Assembly (NCBI RefSeq): GCF_023055435.1
Contig: NW_025964334.1
Span: 46,686,001-46,750,000 of the forward strand
DNA from: Haliotis rufescens
Taxonomy: Eukaryota
Direction of reading: 5' to 3'
DNA length: 64,000 nt
In this document: positions 1 to 12,195 of the stretch, in pieces
How the letters are laid out: every line of letters begins with the position of its first letter
How positions within the stretch are numbered: position 1 is the stretch's first letter
Translations under genes and position numbers: made by a program
Notes under the pieces: model-generated
What the model was told of the DNA's origin: nothing
Databases searched by the model: none
The model's input: only the letters and a program-made list of their open reading frames with translations

Positions 1-1632
1 ACTTCTTTTACTGACCTTGGGGCTTCCATTGACCTAATGGCTTTTACCTTTTGGTTGTCAGGTTTTATTCCATCTTGATTGATGACAAAACCTAAGTACT
101 GAGTTTCCTCCTTGGCAAAGCTACATTTTGACAACTTGAGTTTTAGTGAATGTTGAATGAGTCGTTCAAAAACTGTCTCGATATGAACTAAATGTTGTTC
201 TTCCGACTTTGAGAATATCAAAATATTGTCTAGGTAGGCTATTGCAAATGCATCGAGACCCTGTAAAACTTCATTCATAAGTTCCATAAAAACTGACGGA
301 GCATTACAAAGTCCAAAAGGCATCACGTAAAATTCAAAAAGACCTCTATGACAAGCTAAAGCAGTTTTTTCTTTATCTTTATCGTCCATTTTTACCTGCC
401 AGTATCCAGACTTAAGATCGAGACATGAGAAGAACTTAGTGTCTCCTAATTGTGTTAAGATGTCATCTATGAGGGGTAAAGGCGTTGAAATAGGACGGCT
501 AATTTTGTTCAAAAACCTAAAGTCCACACAAAAACGCTTCGAGCCATCTTTTTTGTCAACGACGACAATGGGGAAACTCCATGCTGACCTAGAACGTCGA
601 ATGATCTAAGCATCTAACATGTCATCGATCGCCTTATCTACACACCTTGCGCTTGTTAAGAGGAGTTCGATATGGCTTCATCTTGATCGGAACATTGTCA
701 CCTGTGTCTATCTTCATACGTACAGTTTCTGTCTGCCCTAAGCCTAAATCACTCTTTTCAAATAAATCCTTGTTTTGAGACACTAAATCATTTAACCTTG
801 ATTTCAAATGAACTGGAGCATCAATGTCAACATTGAGATCACTGGATATGTACCTATCAGCTAATTCATCAGATAAATTCACTAAGTTTTCAGTCGCTAC
901 GCTCCTTAGCTTCCCTAGTACGCAACCTCTCTTCAACCTAAATGTACGGTTGGTATTGTTGACTAACAGTAATGGGACATTCCTATGTTTGTCAATCTTA
1001 ACAATAGAATTTCCTTTGAGTAGACCTGGTTCATTTGCTGGGTAACTCTTTTCAATTGCTGAGATTTCATACGTGCTTGATGTGTCAAAATATGGTCTAT
1101 TTTTAACCTTTGCCCTTAAGATATTTCTACACTGAGGTTTTACTATTGTATCCGCTGCTAACCTGACTAGAGAAGATATATGGATATCTTCCTCTAGCGG
1201 TACATAAGTTTTCCCTACTCTTAAGCTACCCAAGTCGAAATACACCCTAACACCTGCCTGTGTCAACCAATCATGTCCTAATATAAGATTTCTGTTCATG
1301 TTTTCTACAGCAAGGAAGGTATGGGAAAGATTGACGCCTCTCATCCTAAAGTGAACTTTCACATTCCCATCTACCTGTAACAAATTCCCATTAACCCCTT
1401 GTAAAGCAACTTTCTTTTTGTTTAACGGAAATCTATCTTTTATTGAATCGTACACCCTACGATGCATTATCGACACTTCAGCCCCAGAATCAATTAAACA
1501 CCTCCATTGTTTTTTTCCTATTTTGATACTACACGAATTTGGTCTCCCTGCCACATTTATTGAATGTACTGGGCCATTTGTCGCCTTCTCTCCCTCATCG
1601 GCTTCTTTACGAAGAAGAGAATTTAGTTTCCC
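1..1632 (-). pseudogene. pol: Gypsy pol (protease + reverse transcriptase), disrupted
   Basis: DSG protease motif; RT continues after a frameshift near 634; catalytic YxDD reads YLDN. Confidence 0.9.
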
Positions 1633-2583
1633 TTGTTTTGTTTTCTTGGTGGTCTGTTTGGACAATTTCATTTACAGTGGCCCGGCTGATTGCATAGCCA
1701 ACATACCCTGACCTCTTGCTCTCTCTACTTAACCGCATTAACACGTTTTGATCTGCAATCCCTAGCCCCGTGACCTGGCTTCCCGCATGAGAAACAATTA
1801 CGACGCTGACTAGCATGATCAAGGTCCATAGGCTCTTCTCGCCTCCCGCTATTCGAATCGTGCCCTCTACTATTAAAATCATGCCCTCGGTTACTCGGTT
1901 TTCCCAACCTGAGTTCGAATCTAGCCCTAATGTTTTGTTCAAGCGTGGCCAAAGCCACTGCTTCTTTGAGGGATGTGGGGTTTTCCCTCATAAGTTTTTT
2001 CTGCATGTACTCATGACATCAAGCCATCTATTAAAAAACCTATCAATTGTCTTTGGATGGGGGGATTATCTTCACCGTCCTGCCCTAATCCTTCATAAGC
2101 CTCTTCGGCCAAGTTTAGTAGTCTTTCAGCATAAATCTGAACACCCTCACTATATTTTTGTTTGACCGCCCTTAATAACATAAATGCGTGTTGTGGATCA
2201 CTAATTTCAGCAAACCTGCTCGTTAGCTCTGCCCTTAACTCCTTCCATGTTTTGGCAGGATTATCATCCATATAGCGCTGCACGAAGTAGCTTACAGAGC
2301 CATCACAACTCTGAAAAGCAATTAGCTTTTTACTGGCGTCTTGATTTGCGCCAGTTAGCAATGCATATTTTTCTACAGATTTGATCCATTTTTTTAAATC
2401 TTTCGGGTTCCCCCCAAATGTTTTTATAGCTTGATTCACCACCTGTGCACTTAGCATTGTATTTACAGCAGCTAGCCTCCCGTTTATTTCATTTCCCTGT
2501 GCCCCTAATGTTGAAGTTACTGCTGATATCTGCCCCGTTATTTCTCCCGCTAACCCTTGTAAGAATTGTGCATATTCTGCCAT
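1623..2583 (-). pseudogene. gag: Gypsy gag with two CCHC zinc knuckles, disrupted
   Basis: Capsid-like ORF (WIKSVEKYA...TWKELRAELTSRF); frameshift near 2010; first knuckle intact, second reads CWLCNQPGHCK*NC; ends GN*. Confidence 0.85.
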
Positions 2584-2697
2584 GTTGCTCACGTAGGTAC
2601 TTGCAAAAACCCAAAGAATCACCTTTTTGCGAGTCCCGGGACCAATTCCCTCGATCCTAGTCGTTTCCTGGGGTCCCTCTCCTTCGCTCCTTAAGGT

Positions 2698-2716
2698 GAT
2701 CCTGGTCTCGGCACCA
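2698..2716 (-). promoter_or_regulatory. Primer binding site, tRNA-Phe-like
   Basis: Minus strand TGGTGCCGAGACCAGGATC a few nt inside the LTR end; close to the complement of the tRNA-Phe 3' end (TGGTGCCGAAACCCGGGATC). Confidence 0.7.
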
Positions 2717-2721
2717 GTTTA

Positions 2722-3454
2722 CGTAACCCCGCTCCTTCTTGTAACACAACACAAGAAGGCGGTTTGAGGATTACGTAGTTTTAATCACAATGGCATATGT
2801 ACAAGTCAAAGGAAGTGTGCCGTTCTTCCTTCCTCCCTCTAGATACTCGCCTGTACCTTAGGGTGCTGAGACCAAGTCTGCCGGTATTTGGAAGTCGCCC
2901 GGTATATATAGTAATGATGGAATGCGAAGCATTTTGTTTTGCACAGGTACTACAGTTTGGTGTGGTCAACTTGAGATTAAATTGACCATCAAGTGGTGTC
3001 CATGACGAGGCACTTAAAATTGTTCCCCTTAAGGTGACATGAAACCACCACTCACTGGTCCACTTGATATGTAGTTGACATATCCACGGTGTCAGTCGTA
3101 TCTGGCAAACACTGATAGTGTTATGATATGTACTTGACATATCCACGGTGTCAGTCGTATCTGGCAAACACTGATAGTGTTATGATATGTACTTGACATA
3201 TCCACGGTGTCAGTCGTATCTGGCAAACACTGATAGTGTTATGATATGTACTTGACATATCCACGGTGTCAGTCGTATCTGGCAAACACTGATAGTGTTA
3301 TGATATGTACTTGACATATCCACGGTGTCAGTCGTATCTGGCAAACACTGATAGTGTTACATTAGTCGTATCTGGCAAACACTGATAGTGTTATGATATG
3401 TACTTGACATATCCACCGTGTCAGTCGTATCTGGCAAACACTGATAGTGTTACA
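2722..3454 (-). repeat. Gypsy 5' LTR
   Basis: Minus strand begins TGTAAC (3454) and ends GTTACG (2722; canonical GTTACA mutated), directly before the PBS. Confidence 0.75.
3065..3454. repeat. 59-bp tandem repeat (~6 copies) at the LTR outer end
   Basis: Unit TTGACATATCCACGGTGTCAGTCGTATCTGGCAAACACTGATAGTGTTATGATATGTAC at 3075, 3134, 3193, 3252, 3311, plus partial copies. Confidence 0.95.
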
Positions 3455-4075
3455 TCATTGCAAGTACACATTTCTCACTCAGGCTGCATGCTCATTACAA
3501 AGCATTATCATGGCACGTCGTAGAATGTCTGAAGCGTTTAGATGGCAGATTATTGGAATAGAACTAAAGGAATGTCTTGTGGGGAAATTGGACGTCAACT
3601 TGGACGTCACCATAATGTAATTTCAAAGTTACAGCAGAAATACCGAACGACACATGACATTGAGGACAGGCCACGCCCAGGTCAGCCTTGTAAGACATCC
3701 AGGAGAGAAGATGAGGCATAATTGCGGCTCGTTTGACGACGTCCATTTGGCAACATACAGTTACAAAGGCACAGTGGCTAGCAGGCAGATAGATTTCAAC
3801 CAGAACCATCAGAAATCATCTGAAAACAGCTGGATGCAGAGCCAGAAGACCAATCAAACGTCCCTTGTTGACTCAGACCCATAAAGCGGTTCGTTTGGTA
3901 TGGTCTAATCAACGTCTAAATTGGAAAATTGCATGATGGCGGAGAGTCTACTTTTTTTAATGAAAGTCGGTTTCTGTTGAACATGGCAGACGATCGTACA
4001 CGTGTCAGGAGGCAGGAAAATACAGTCATGGCTGAATGGCACACATCATTGCAGAGACCCATCCATTTGGTAGGG
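3455..4075 (+). mobile_element. Tc1-like transposon remnant (5' half of transposase), copy A
   Basis: MARRRMSEAFRWQIIG start near 3510; FFNESRFLLNMADDRTRVRRQ; paralogous to 7790-10040. Confidence 0.8.
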
Positions 4076-4172
4076 GACCACTTACTTACTTGCCTGGCGC
4101 TCGGCATTAAGGTGTTAAAACAAGGACTGGTCGGCTCGGAGTATACTGTGTCTGAGTGGCGCATTCATGTTA

Positions 4173-4229
4173 TTATCCCTCGCCCCAACGAAGTTGGCGG
4201 GGGATATAGAAATGGGTTCCGTCCGTGTG

Positions 4230-4282
<53 letters not shown>

Positions 4283-4878
4283 GTGCGTCCCGAAATCGTT
4301 TCCGGAGCATAACTCAGGAACCGTTAAATATTTCTCTTCGAAACTTTGCATGTCTATCAGACTCATGCTGAACAGGTGCCTTTTGCTATTTAGGAATTTT
4401 ATATTTTTTTATTTTTTTACGTTTCCATTGCAACAAGTTGGACTTAGGTTCTATAAGGGTGCTGTTCGTTTCCGGAGCGTAACTCAAAAACCATTAAACA
4501 CTTTCTTACAAAACTTTGCATGTCTACTAGGCACATACTGAACTGGTGCCTTTTGCTATTTAGGAGTTTTATAAATTTTTATTTTTTACGTTTCCTTTGC
4601 AACAAGTTGGACTTAGGTTCTATAAGGGTGCTGTTCGTTTCCGGAGCGTAACTCAAAAACCGTTAAATAATTTCTTACAAAACGTTGCATGTTTACCAGA
4701 CACATACTGAACTGGTGCAATTTGATATTAAGGAGTTTTATAAATGTTTATTTAAGAATTTCCATTGAAGCTATTTTGACATGGCCTAAGAGAAATGTTG
4801 GGTCAGTTACCTGGTTTGGGACCATAACGTGTTAAAATGGCGGGGGATATAGATGACTTCGTCGACTGTACGCTTGTT
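4173..4878 (+). mobile_element. Non-autonomous Helentron-like (DINE-1/pearl-type) element
   Basis: 5' ATCCCTCGCC with nearby inverted GGCGGGGGATAT; (GT)n microsatellite; three ~170-bp core repeats (4297, 4467, 4637); 3' GGCGGGGGATAT; T-rich insertion site. Confidence 0.75.
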
Positions 4879-5334
4879 CACTCACACACACACTCACTGA
4901 CGTGCCAGGAGGCAGGCGAATACAGTCATGGCTGAATGGCACACATCATTGCAGAGACCCATCCATTTGGTAGGGGACCACTTACTTACTTGCCTGGCGC
5001 TCGGCATTAAGGTGTTAAAACAAGGACTGGTCGGCTCGGAGTCAGCATACTGTGTCTGAGTGGCGTATTCATGTTATTCACACGCACGCACGCACGCACG
5101 CACGCACGCACGTACGCACACACTCGTACCAGCTAAGTGCAATAACCTTGGACGCGACATTAAACCCCATTTCATCTCTCTGTATGAGGGGGGGTTATAT
5201 ATGGGAGACTCCATTTGTGGAGGACTCCAGGACAGTTTATTCAGTTTGTTTGTTATTTATATGAGATTATGTGAAATGAGGTTTAGTGTCAATTTCAAGG
5301 TTATTGCACTTATTTAGCGACTCCCATGCATGTG

Positions 5335-5516
5335 CGTGTGTGTGGCTTCTTGTACTAGTCCGGACTTGTGCTGGTTTTATAGTGCTAGCCCACAGAGATA
5401 CCACGCCGCAGCTTAACATGGATACCCCACTCAGACAAAGTATACTGACTCTACTATCAACCACAATCAAGCCACCGACCTTCCCATCTCAAGGCAGATG
5501 CTCTATCCACTAGACC
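5335..5516 (-). mobile_element. tRNA-derived SINE with Meta-like domain; related copies at 4085-4170, 4985-5075, 15095-15284, 51585-52230
   Basis: GGTCTAGTGGATAGAGCATCTGCC head; shared GAGTCAGTATACTGTGTCTGAGTGGGG...CAGTGGGCTAGCA core. Confidence 0.65.
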
Positions 5517-6769
5517 ACGCACGCACACACAGGCACACACACACGAGCACACACACACGCACGCACGCACGCACACACACACACACACAGTATGTTAAAC
5601 TATGTTATTTAAAGGGAAGAGGTGTTTATATAAATAATTAATAAAGGTAATTGTGCGTTATATGTTCCTGAATAAACTTTGTTTTAATTGAAAATAAAAT
5701 GTATTTTTCACCTGACTGAGTACACGATAAATTCTGAGTGCAACAGGTGTAAGAGATGCCTGTCTAAGTGTATTTCGCAGGAAATAATCATGAAAAATTG
5801 TGACAAAAGCACATGTGTACATGTATTATATCAACACCAGCCTATGGACACGTGGACTGGGTATATAATTACATAAGGTTATACTTATACTTTTACGACA
5901 AAGGTTGCTGAGTGATGTTCGTTTGCACGTAATGTCCACGGCTTCTGTGATCTCAATTTTTTACTTCCAATATTCCATAGCCAATGTATCTAGGTGAATT
6001 CAATGGAATTACAAATATCCAAACAATATGTTTGATATAGAAACAAAACCGTATGATTTTTATATGAAAACATTCGTAACCTATATTACAATAAAAAAAT
6101 AAAATAAAATGGTGTTAAATATCCATATGTTACTCCAAAAAAAGTATCATCGATAAGTACCTTTCTTTAATTACATACAGTGATTTCCCCCCTAGCCACT
6201 GCTTTGAGGCTATAAACACTAAGGACTTCTGTTTTAAAAACTCTGGTAATGATTCGTTGCACCAGTCTGTAGCCTATACCAGTAGGAGCATGGGACTAAT
6301 CATTACACCGTCTCATTCTAAGTAATGATAAATAAGGCGAAGTAATTATTGAAGAGAAACAAGAAAAGTATTTGTACGATATATTCAGTGGGGACGACTA
6401 ATATTTAAGTGGATAAAAAGATGAACATTTTTTATTTTGTCCTCAGATAGTTTATTAATTCGCTGTAACTGTGAATTGTACTGTGGGACTTATGGCCTAA
6501 GTAACGCCTGTCTGTTTGATGTGAACATACATCAATATAAAGGGAATTAAATCGATTTTTAGCTAACTACTTCTCTACAGTGAAATTTTAGTCGTGTATG
6601 GGAAGTTTAGTGACCAGCCTATGATCACTAACTTTGGTAGGGGTATAGTTAAACTTGCATTTATTTCAAAGTAAGGTGTCCGTCTCCGTTATAATCACCA
6701 AGTGATATGCAGCCTTATAGTATTAAATGCAATGGCTTAGTGGTTAAACCAGTAATCGGGTCCCGTGTG

Positions 6770-6900
6770 TAAAAAAAGCGACAAAACAAAACCCTTTCTA
6801 TATTTATACGAGACATATCTGCCAAAACGGAGTCGATTGTACGATTCCGACTATCTCATGGGCATGTGTTTAGGAATCGCTATCAAATCACAATGAATCA
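6770..6900 (+). repeat. Interspersed repeat, second copy at ~43490-43610
   Basis: Shared CAAAACCCTTTC...CTGCCAAAA..GAGTC.ATTGTA.GATTC.GACTATC block. Confidence 0.6.
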
Positions 6901-7057
6901 CCAGAAAACACAATGGTGCTGTGCTGGGTTCAAATCTTGGTGTGTGTTTACAAGACCCTGGTCTGTTTGTCTTTCAAAGACATCAATTAGATTACTGTAA
7001 AACCCATATGATAATGAATCTGTAGGGTTCAAGCTTTGATTCAAACCCACTGTAACA

Positions 7058-7292
7058 ATTGTTTGTTTGTTGTTTTAGGCCGTACTCAGCAATACTCCAG
7101 CTATATGACGGCGGTCTGTCAAAAATCGAGTCTAGATGAGACAATCCAGTGATTGATATCATGAGCATCGATCCACGCAACTGGCACACGATGACATGCA
7201 TCAACCCGTTAGTCGCCTCTTACGACAAACATAGTCGCCTTTTACGGCCAGCATGGGTTGCTGAAGACCTATTCTACGCCGGATCATCACGG
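7058..7292 (-). mobile_element. SINE-like family with (CAAA)n tail; copies at 26990-27196(+), 32232-32470(-), 32797-32915(-), 55195-55410(-)
   Basis: Shared CAGCAATATTCCAGCTATATGACGGC...CAATCCAGTGATTGATATCATGAGCAT...GTTAGTCGCCTCTTAC. Confidence 0.8.
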
Positions 7293-7559
7293 ATATCCAC
7301 TATGACAACTTACATAAACACCGAAATCACAGCCGGGTGACTGACATTGATTAGTTTTCGTTTATTTTGCTAAAATGTCTTTGTGCCCTCCTGACAATAT
7401 GTTTGATGAAGAATGTTCAGCTTGGAAACAAAATCTGGTGAAACACCTCTTAATCACTATTGTTTAATCCTTCACCTCGCCTTATGATGCATTATATATG
7501 TCAAGCCTTCATTCATAACCATAAAATAATCTTTATGGATAGTTAATGGCTGTGGTGTT

Positions 7560-10040
7560 ATTTCAAATTGTATAACCTGTACATTTGGAAACTAATTAAG
7601 CACCAGCAAAATCAAAATGACACAGAATGAGAAGTTTTGAAAATGAGATGTATCCATACATTAGATATTATGGCCCTTTTTCCACACCATACCAGTGCCA
7701 ATACCACTGTCAAGGCACTTCATGTTGCACATACTGCACGTGGAGCACAATACCCATGACATGTCTGAAAACCCATATTGGTCGTGAACATTGCAGGTCC
7801 ACATTTCTCACTCAGGCTGCATGCTTATTATAAAGCATTATCATGGCACGTTGTAGATTGTCTGAAGCGTTTAGATGGTAGATTATTTGAATGAAAAATG
7901 CAGGAATGTCTTGTAGGGAAAGTGGACGTCACCATACTGTAATTTCAAGATTAGAGCAGAAATACCGAACTACAAATGAAGTTGTGGACAGGCCACGCCC
8001 AAGTCAGCCTCATAAGGCACAAATGAGAGAAGATGCAGCGTCATTAACACTCGTTAGACGACGTCCAGTGTACAGAACAGAACAGAACTTTATTTACTCT
8101 CAGGCCGGGATCCTCGGCATATGAGGTACAAATATGCAAACAGTAAATACATAAGATGGCGGGATGGTTTACATGGAAGATTTTACAGTTTTCATAATGA
8201 CATTACAGAATGTACAGAGTTTCTTAATAACATTTATTTTTTTACAATTAAAAAGTTCTTTGAATTTTAATATATTTGGGTTTTTAGCATATGAAATTGG
8301 AACATATAGTTTCCGTTGGGGTTTGAAATAAGGACAAACAAAAATAAAATGAAATTCATCACCAACATCGCTCATGTCGCAGAGTTTACACGTTCGTTCC
8401 TTGACAGGGATGTTGTGCCACCTACCTAGTTCAATAGGTAAATGGTGGCATGAGGTTCCAAACAGAAGGAATTTTACAGCCAACGAGAAAGGGATAACTA
8501 ATTTATACTTTTCAAGGACGAGTTCAGTTTTAAATATGCGATATGTGATACCTTTAGAAGAATGTGTAATCTCTGCATTCCATGTATGAGTTGCTATATC
8601 TGATAATGTTAACGACATGATAGATTTAAGGGCATTAGGAGGAATTGCTTGTTGGCTTAACCATGTTAACCAATAGAAACTGAAGCCCGTTTCATTGAAA
8701 ATACTTTCCAAACATTTTATCCATTTTTTACAGCTATTGTTTGTACAGACTTCAATGTATAACATTTGATATAGAATTCTTGATAACTTTTGTTCTTTGC
8801 CAGATAAGACCTTAGCCCCAAAACATACCATTCGGCATTTGATAGAATTACTTAAAGGTACTCTTCCAAGTTCTCCATACAACATGTATAAATGTGTACT
8901 TTTCCTAATGGGAAGTAATTTACGTGGAAAGTTAAGGTGAACAGATTCAATTTGTTTACAATTTTCAAAACCCCAGATTTCACAACCATATAATAGAATT
9001 GGGTCTACCATAGCATCGAAGAGATATAATTGACATTTAATGGACAGATTAAATGTTTTACTTTTGCGTAATACAAAGTACATGGCCTTAGTGGCAGATT
9101 CACAATTTGCTTTAATAGAAGTTTTGAAAGAGTTTTTATTTGTAAAGTGAATTCCAAGATATTTATAATCAGTGACATATTCGATTGGTGAGCCATTTAG
9201 TAATATATGTTTACTCTTGTCTCTTTACAACTTGTCTGTACAACACCAAAAACTATAATTTTTGTTTGACTAGTACTGATATGCAATCTCCATTTTCTGC
9301 AGTGAAGTGAAAAATATCAAACATATTTTGTAAACTTTGATGATTAAAAGCTAACAAAACTGTACCATCTGCATATAGTAAAGCGAACAAAACAACGGAG
9401 AGATCTAACAGACCATTAAGTGACTGACATTGAATAGAAACACTAGGGCAGTTTTGAGAGTATAAAAACGGTTCCAGATCATTTAGAAACAATGAAAACA
9501 ATACCCATAGAGTTTTAAAGGCACGGTGGCTGGCAGGTACAGAGCGATCTCAAACAGAACCATCAGAAATCGTCTGAAAACAGCTGGATGCAGAGCCAGA
9601 AGACCAATCAAACGTCTCTTGTTAACTCAGACCCGTAAAGCGGTTCGTATGGTCTTATACCCCGTTCACATGCACAACATTTACTAACGTAAGTAACTTT
9701 ACACATGTGTAACTATACATACGTCCGTATATGTAAATTTACTATGCGATCACATGAAAAAACATCTTAGGTGTGTAAATAAAGTATGTAAATTGTGTAA
9801 GGCACACATATTCGTCAGTCTGTTCACGACTTTCAACACAAAACAGGTTGTTTTCCAATCAAAGTTGAATGAGAAGAGAGTAACGTCTAAATTGGAATAT
9901 TGCATCATGGTGGAGAATCCACTGTTTGATGAAAGTCGGTTTTTCTTGCATATGGTAGACGGCCGTGCACGTGTCTGGAGGCGGGCACATACTGTCATGG
10001 CTGCACACAACATTCTCGAGACCCATCCATTTGGTAGGGG
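7560..10040 (+). mobile_element. Tc1-like remnant copy B, interrupted by a LINE (8070-9505) and a ~220-bp insert (9657-9880)
   Basis: ISRLEQKYRTTNEVVDRPRPSQP HTH region; LFDESRFFLHMVDGRARVWRR; collinear with copy A on both sides of each insert; left boundary approximate. Confidence 0.8.
8070..9505 (-). mobile_element. 5'-truncated non-LTR retrotransposon (RTE-X-like), RT C-terminal part
   Basis: LFSLFLNDL...LLYADG (YADD decayed); PILLYGCEIWG; LPIELGRW..ERTCKLC..GDEFHFIFVC; 3' end AATAAA followed by (TTCTG)n. Confidence 0.9.
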
Positions 10041-10096
10041 ATCGGTGAGGTGAGGTGAATCGTAATAAGATCTGAGTTTGATGAGATTGTTGACTT

Positions 10097-10248
10097 GGGT
10101 GGAATACATTGCTTGATGCACGGGTGGGAATACATTGCTTGATGCATGGGTGGAATACATTGCTTGATGCACGGGTGGAATACATTGCTTGATGCACGGA
10201 TGGAATGCATTGCTTGATGCATTGGTGGAATACATTGCTTGATGCATG
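10097..10248. repeat. ~25-bp minisatellite GGGTGGAATACATTGCTTGATGCAC (~6 copies)
   Basis: Direct inspection. Confidence 0.9.
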
Positions 10249-10573
10249 CAACAATAGCAAAAATAAACAGACTATTCAATATCCCTGAGTTTATTTTTCT
10301 TCCATTATTACCTGCCATTAAATATACAATCTAACATCTCTTGAATACATGTATAAGTAATTCTTCATTCTTAATTAATCAACATGTATGGTATTCATGC
10401 TTCTTTTGGTAGTGATTATATAGTACCATTATATTTTATTAAACGAATCCTGGAATATTCAAGGTGTAATATGTGAACCAGTCACATTCAACATCATATC
10501 ACAACAGATAAGCAACAACAATCTGCAATCCAAGCATTCAAACATCACCTGATGAGCTTTGGCATTAATATAA

Positions 10574-12195
10574 AACAAGGCTTGACAAGAACTCCTGTAT
10601 ACCCTGATCCTCAGTGACCATGGTTCAACACCATGGTTCAACACAAGGCTTGACAAGAACTCCTATATTACCTGATACTCAGTGACTACACTGTTGAAGG
10701 CCATGGTTCAACACAAGGCTTGACAAGAACTCCTGTAATACCTGATCATCAGTGACTACACTGTCCAAGGCCATGGTACAACACAAGGCTTGACAAGAAC
10801 TCCTATATTACCTGATCCTCAGTGACTACACTGTCCAAGGCCATGGTACAACACAAGGCTTGACAAGAACTCCTGTAATACCTGATCCTCAGTGACTACA
10901 CTGTCCAAGGCCATGGTACAACACAAGGCTTGACAAGAACTCCTGTAATATCTGATCCTCAGTGACTACACTGTCCAAGGCCATGGTACAACACAAGGCT
11001 TGACAAGAGCTCCTGTAATACCTGATCCTCAGTGACTACACTGTCCAAGGCCATGGTACAACACAAGGCTTGACAAGAACTCCTGTAATACCTGATCCTC
11101 AGTGACTACACTGTCCAAGGCCATGGTACAACACAAGGCTTGACAAGAACTCCTATATTACCTGATACTCAGTGACTACACTGTCCAAGGCCATGGTACA
11201 ACACAAGGCTTGACAAGAACTCCTATATTACCTGATCCTCAGTGACTACACTGTCCAAGGCCATGGCACAACACAAGGCTTGACAAGAACTCCTGTAATA
11301 CCTGATCCTCAGTTACTACACTGTCCAAGGCCATGGTACAACACAAGGCTTGACAAGAACTCCTATATTACCTGATACTCAGTGACTACACTGTCCAAGG
11401 CCATGGTACAACACAAGGCTTGACAAGAACTCCTATATTACCTGATACTCAGTGACTACACTGTCCAAGGCCATGGTACAACACAAGGCTTGACAAGAAC
11501 TCCTTTATTACCTGATACTCAGTGACTACACTGTCCAAGGCCATGGTACAACACAAGGCTTGACAAGAACTCCTACATTACCTGATACTCAGTGACTACA
11601 CTGTCCAAGGCCATGGTACAACACAAGGCTTGACAAGAACTCCTATATTACCTGATACTCAGTGACTACACTGTCCAAGGCCATGGTACAACACAAGGCT
11701 TGACAAGAACTCCTATATTACCTGATACTCAGTTACTACACTGTCCAAGGCCATGGTACAACACAAGGCTTGACAAGAACTCCTTTATTACCTGATACTC
11801 AGTGACTACAATGTCCAAGGCCATGGTACAACACAAGGCTTGACAAGAACTCCTATATTACCTGATACTCAGTTACTACACTGTCCAAGGCCATGGTACA
11901 ACACAAGGCTTGACAAGAACTCCTGTAATACCTGATCCTCAGTGACTACACTGTCCAAGGCCATGGTACAACACAAGGCTTGACAAGAACTCCTTTATTA
12001 CCTGATACTCAGTGACTACACTGTCCAAGGCCATGGTACAACACAAGGCTTGACAAGAACTCCTTTATTACCTGATACTCAGTGACTACACTGTCCAAGG
12101 CCATGGTACAACACAAGGCTTGACAAGAACTCCTATATTACCTGATACTCAGTTACTACACTGTCCAAGGCCCATATACAACAGAAGCTTGACAA
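10574..12195. repeat. 70-bp tandem satellite (~23 copies)
   Basis: Unit ACACAAGGCTTGACAAGAACTCCT(G/A)TA(A/T)TACCTGAT(C/A)CTCAGTGACTACACTGTCCAAGGCCATGGTACA; period 70 (10861 vs 10931). Confidence 0.97.

Larger units (their letters stand above)
1..3454 (-). mobile_element. Decayed Ty3/Gypsy LTR retrotransposon (5' LTR, PBS, gag, protease, RT; runs off window start)
   Basis: gag-like ORF 2011-2622; CCHC knuckle CFSCGKPGHGARDC (1725-2006); aspartic protease LIDSGAEVS (634-1671); RT motifs RFCVDFR, LDLKSGYWQV, MPFGLCNAP, YLDN in 1-630; stops and frameshifts present. Confidence 0.95.

Noticed and set aside
9750-10318. Overlapping ORFs with HQAMYST/CIKQCIP repeats
   Set aside because: Translation of a 25-bp minisatellite and antisense Tc1 sequence.
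10574-12195. Regular arrays (70, 95, 59 bp) as CRISPR-like loci
   Set aside because: No unique spacers, no cas genes, eukaryotic context; plain tandem repeats.
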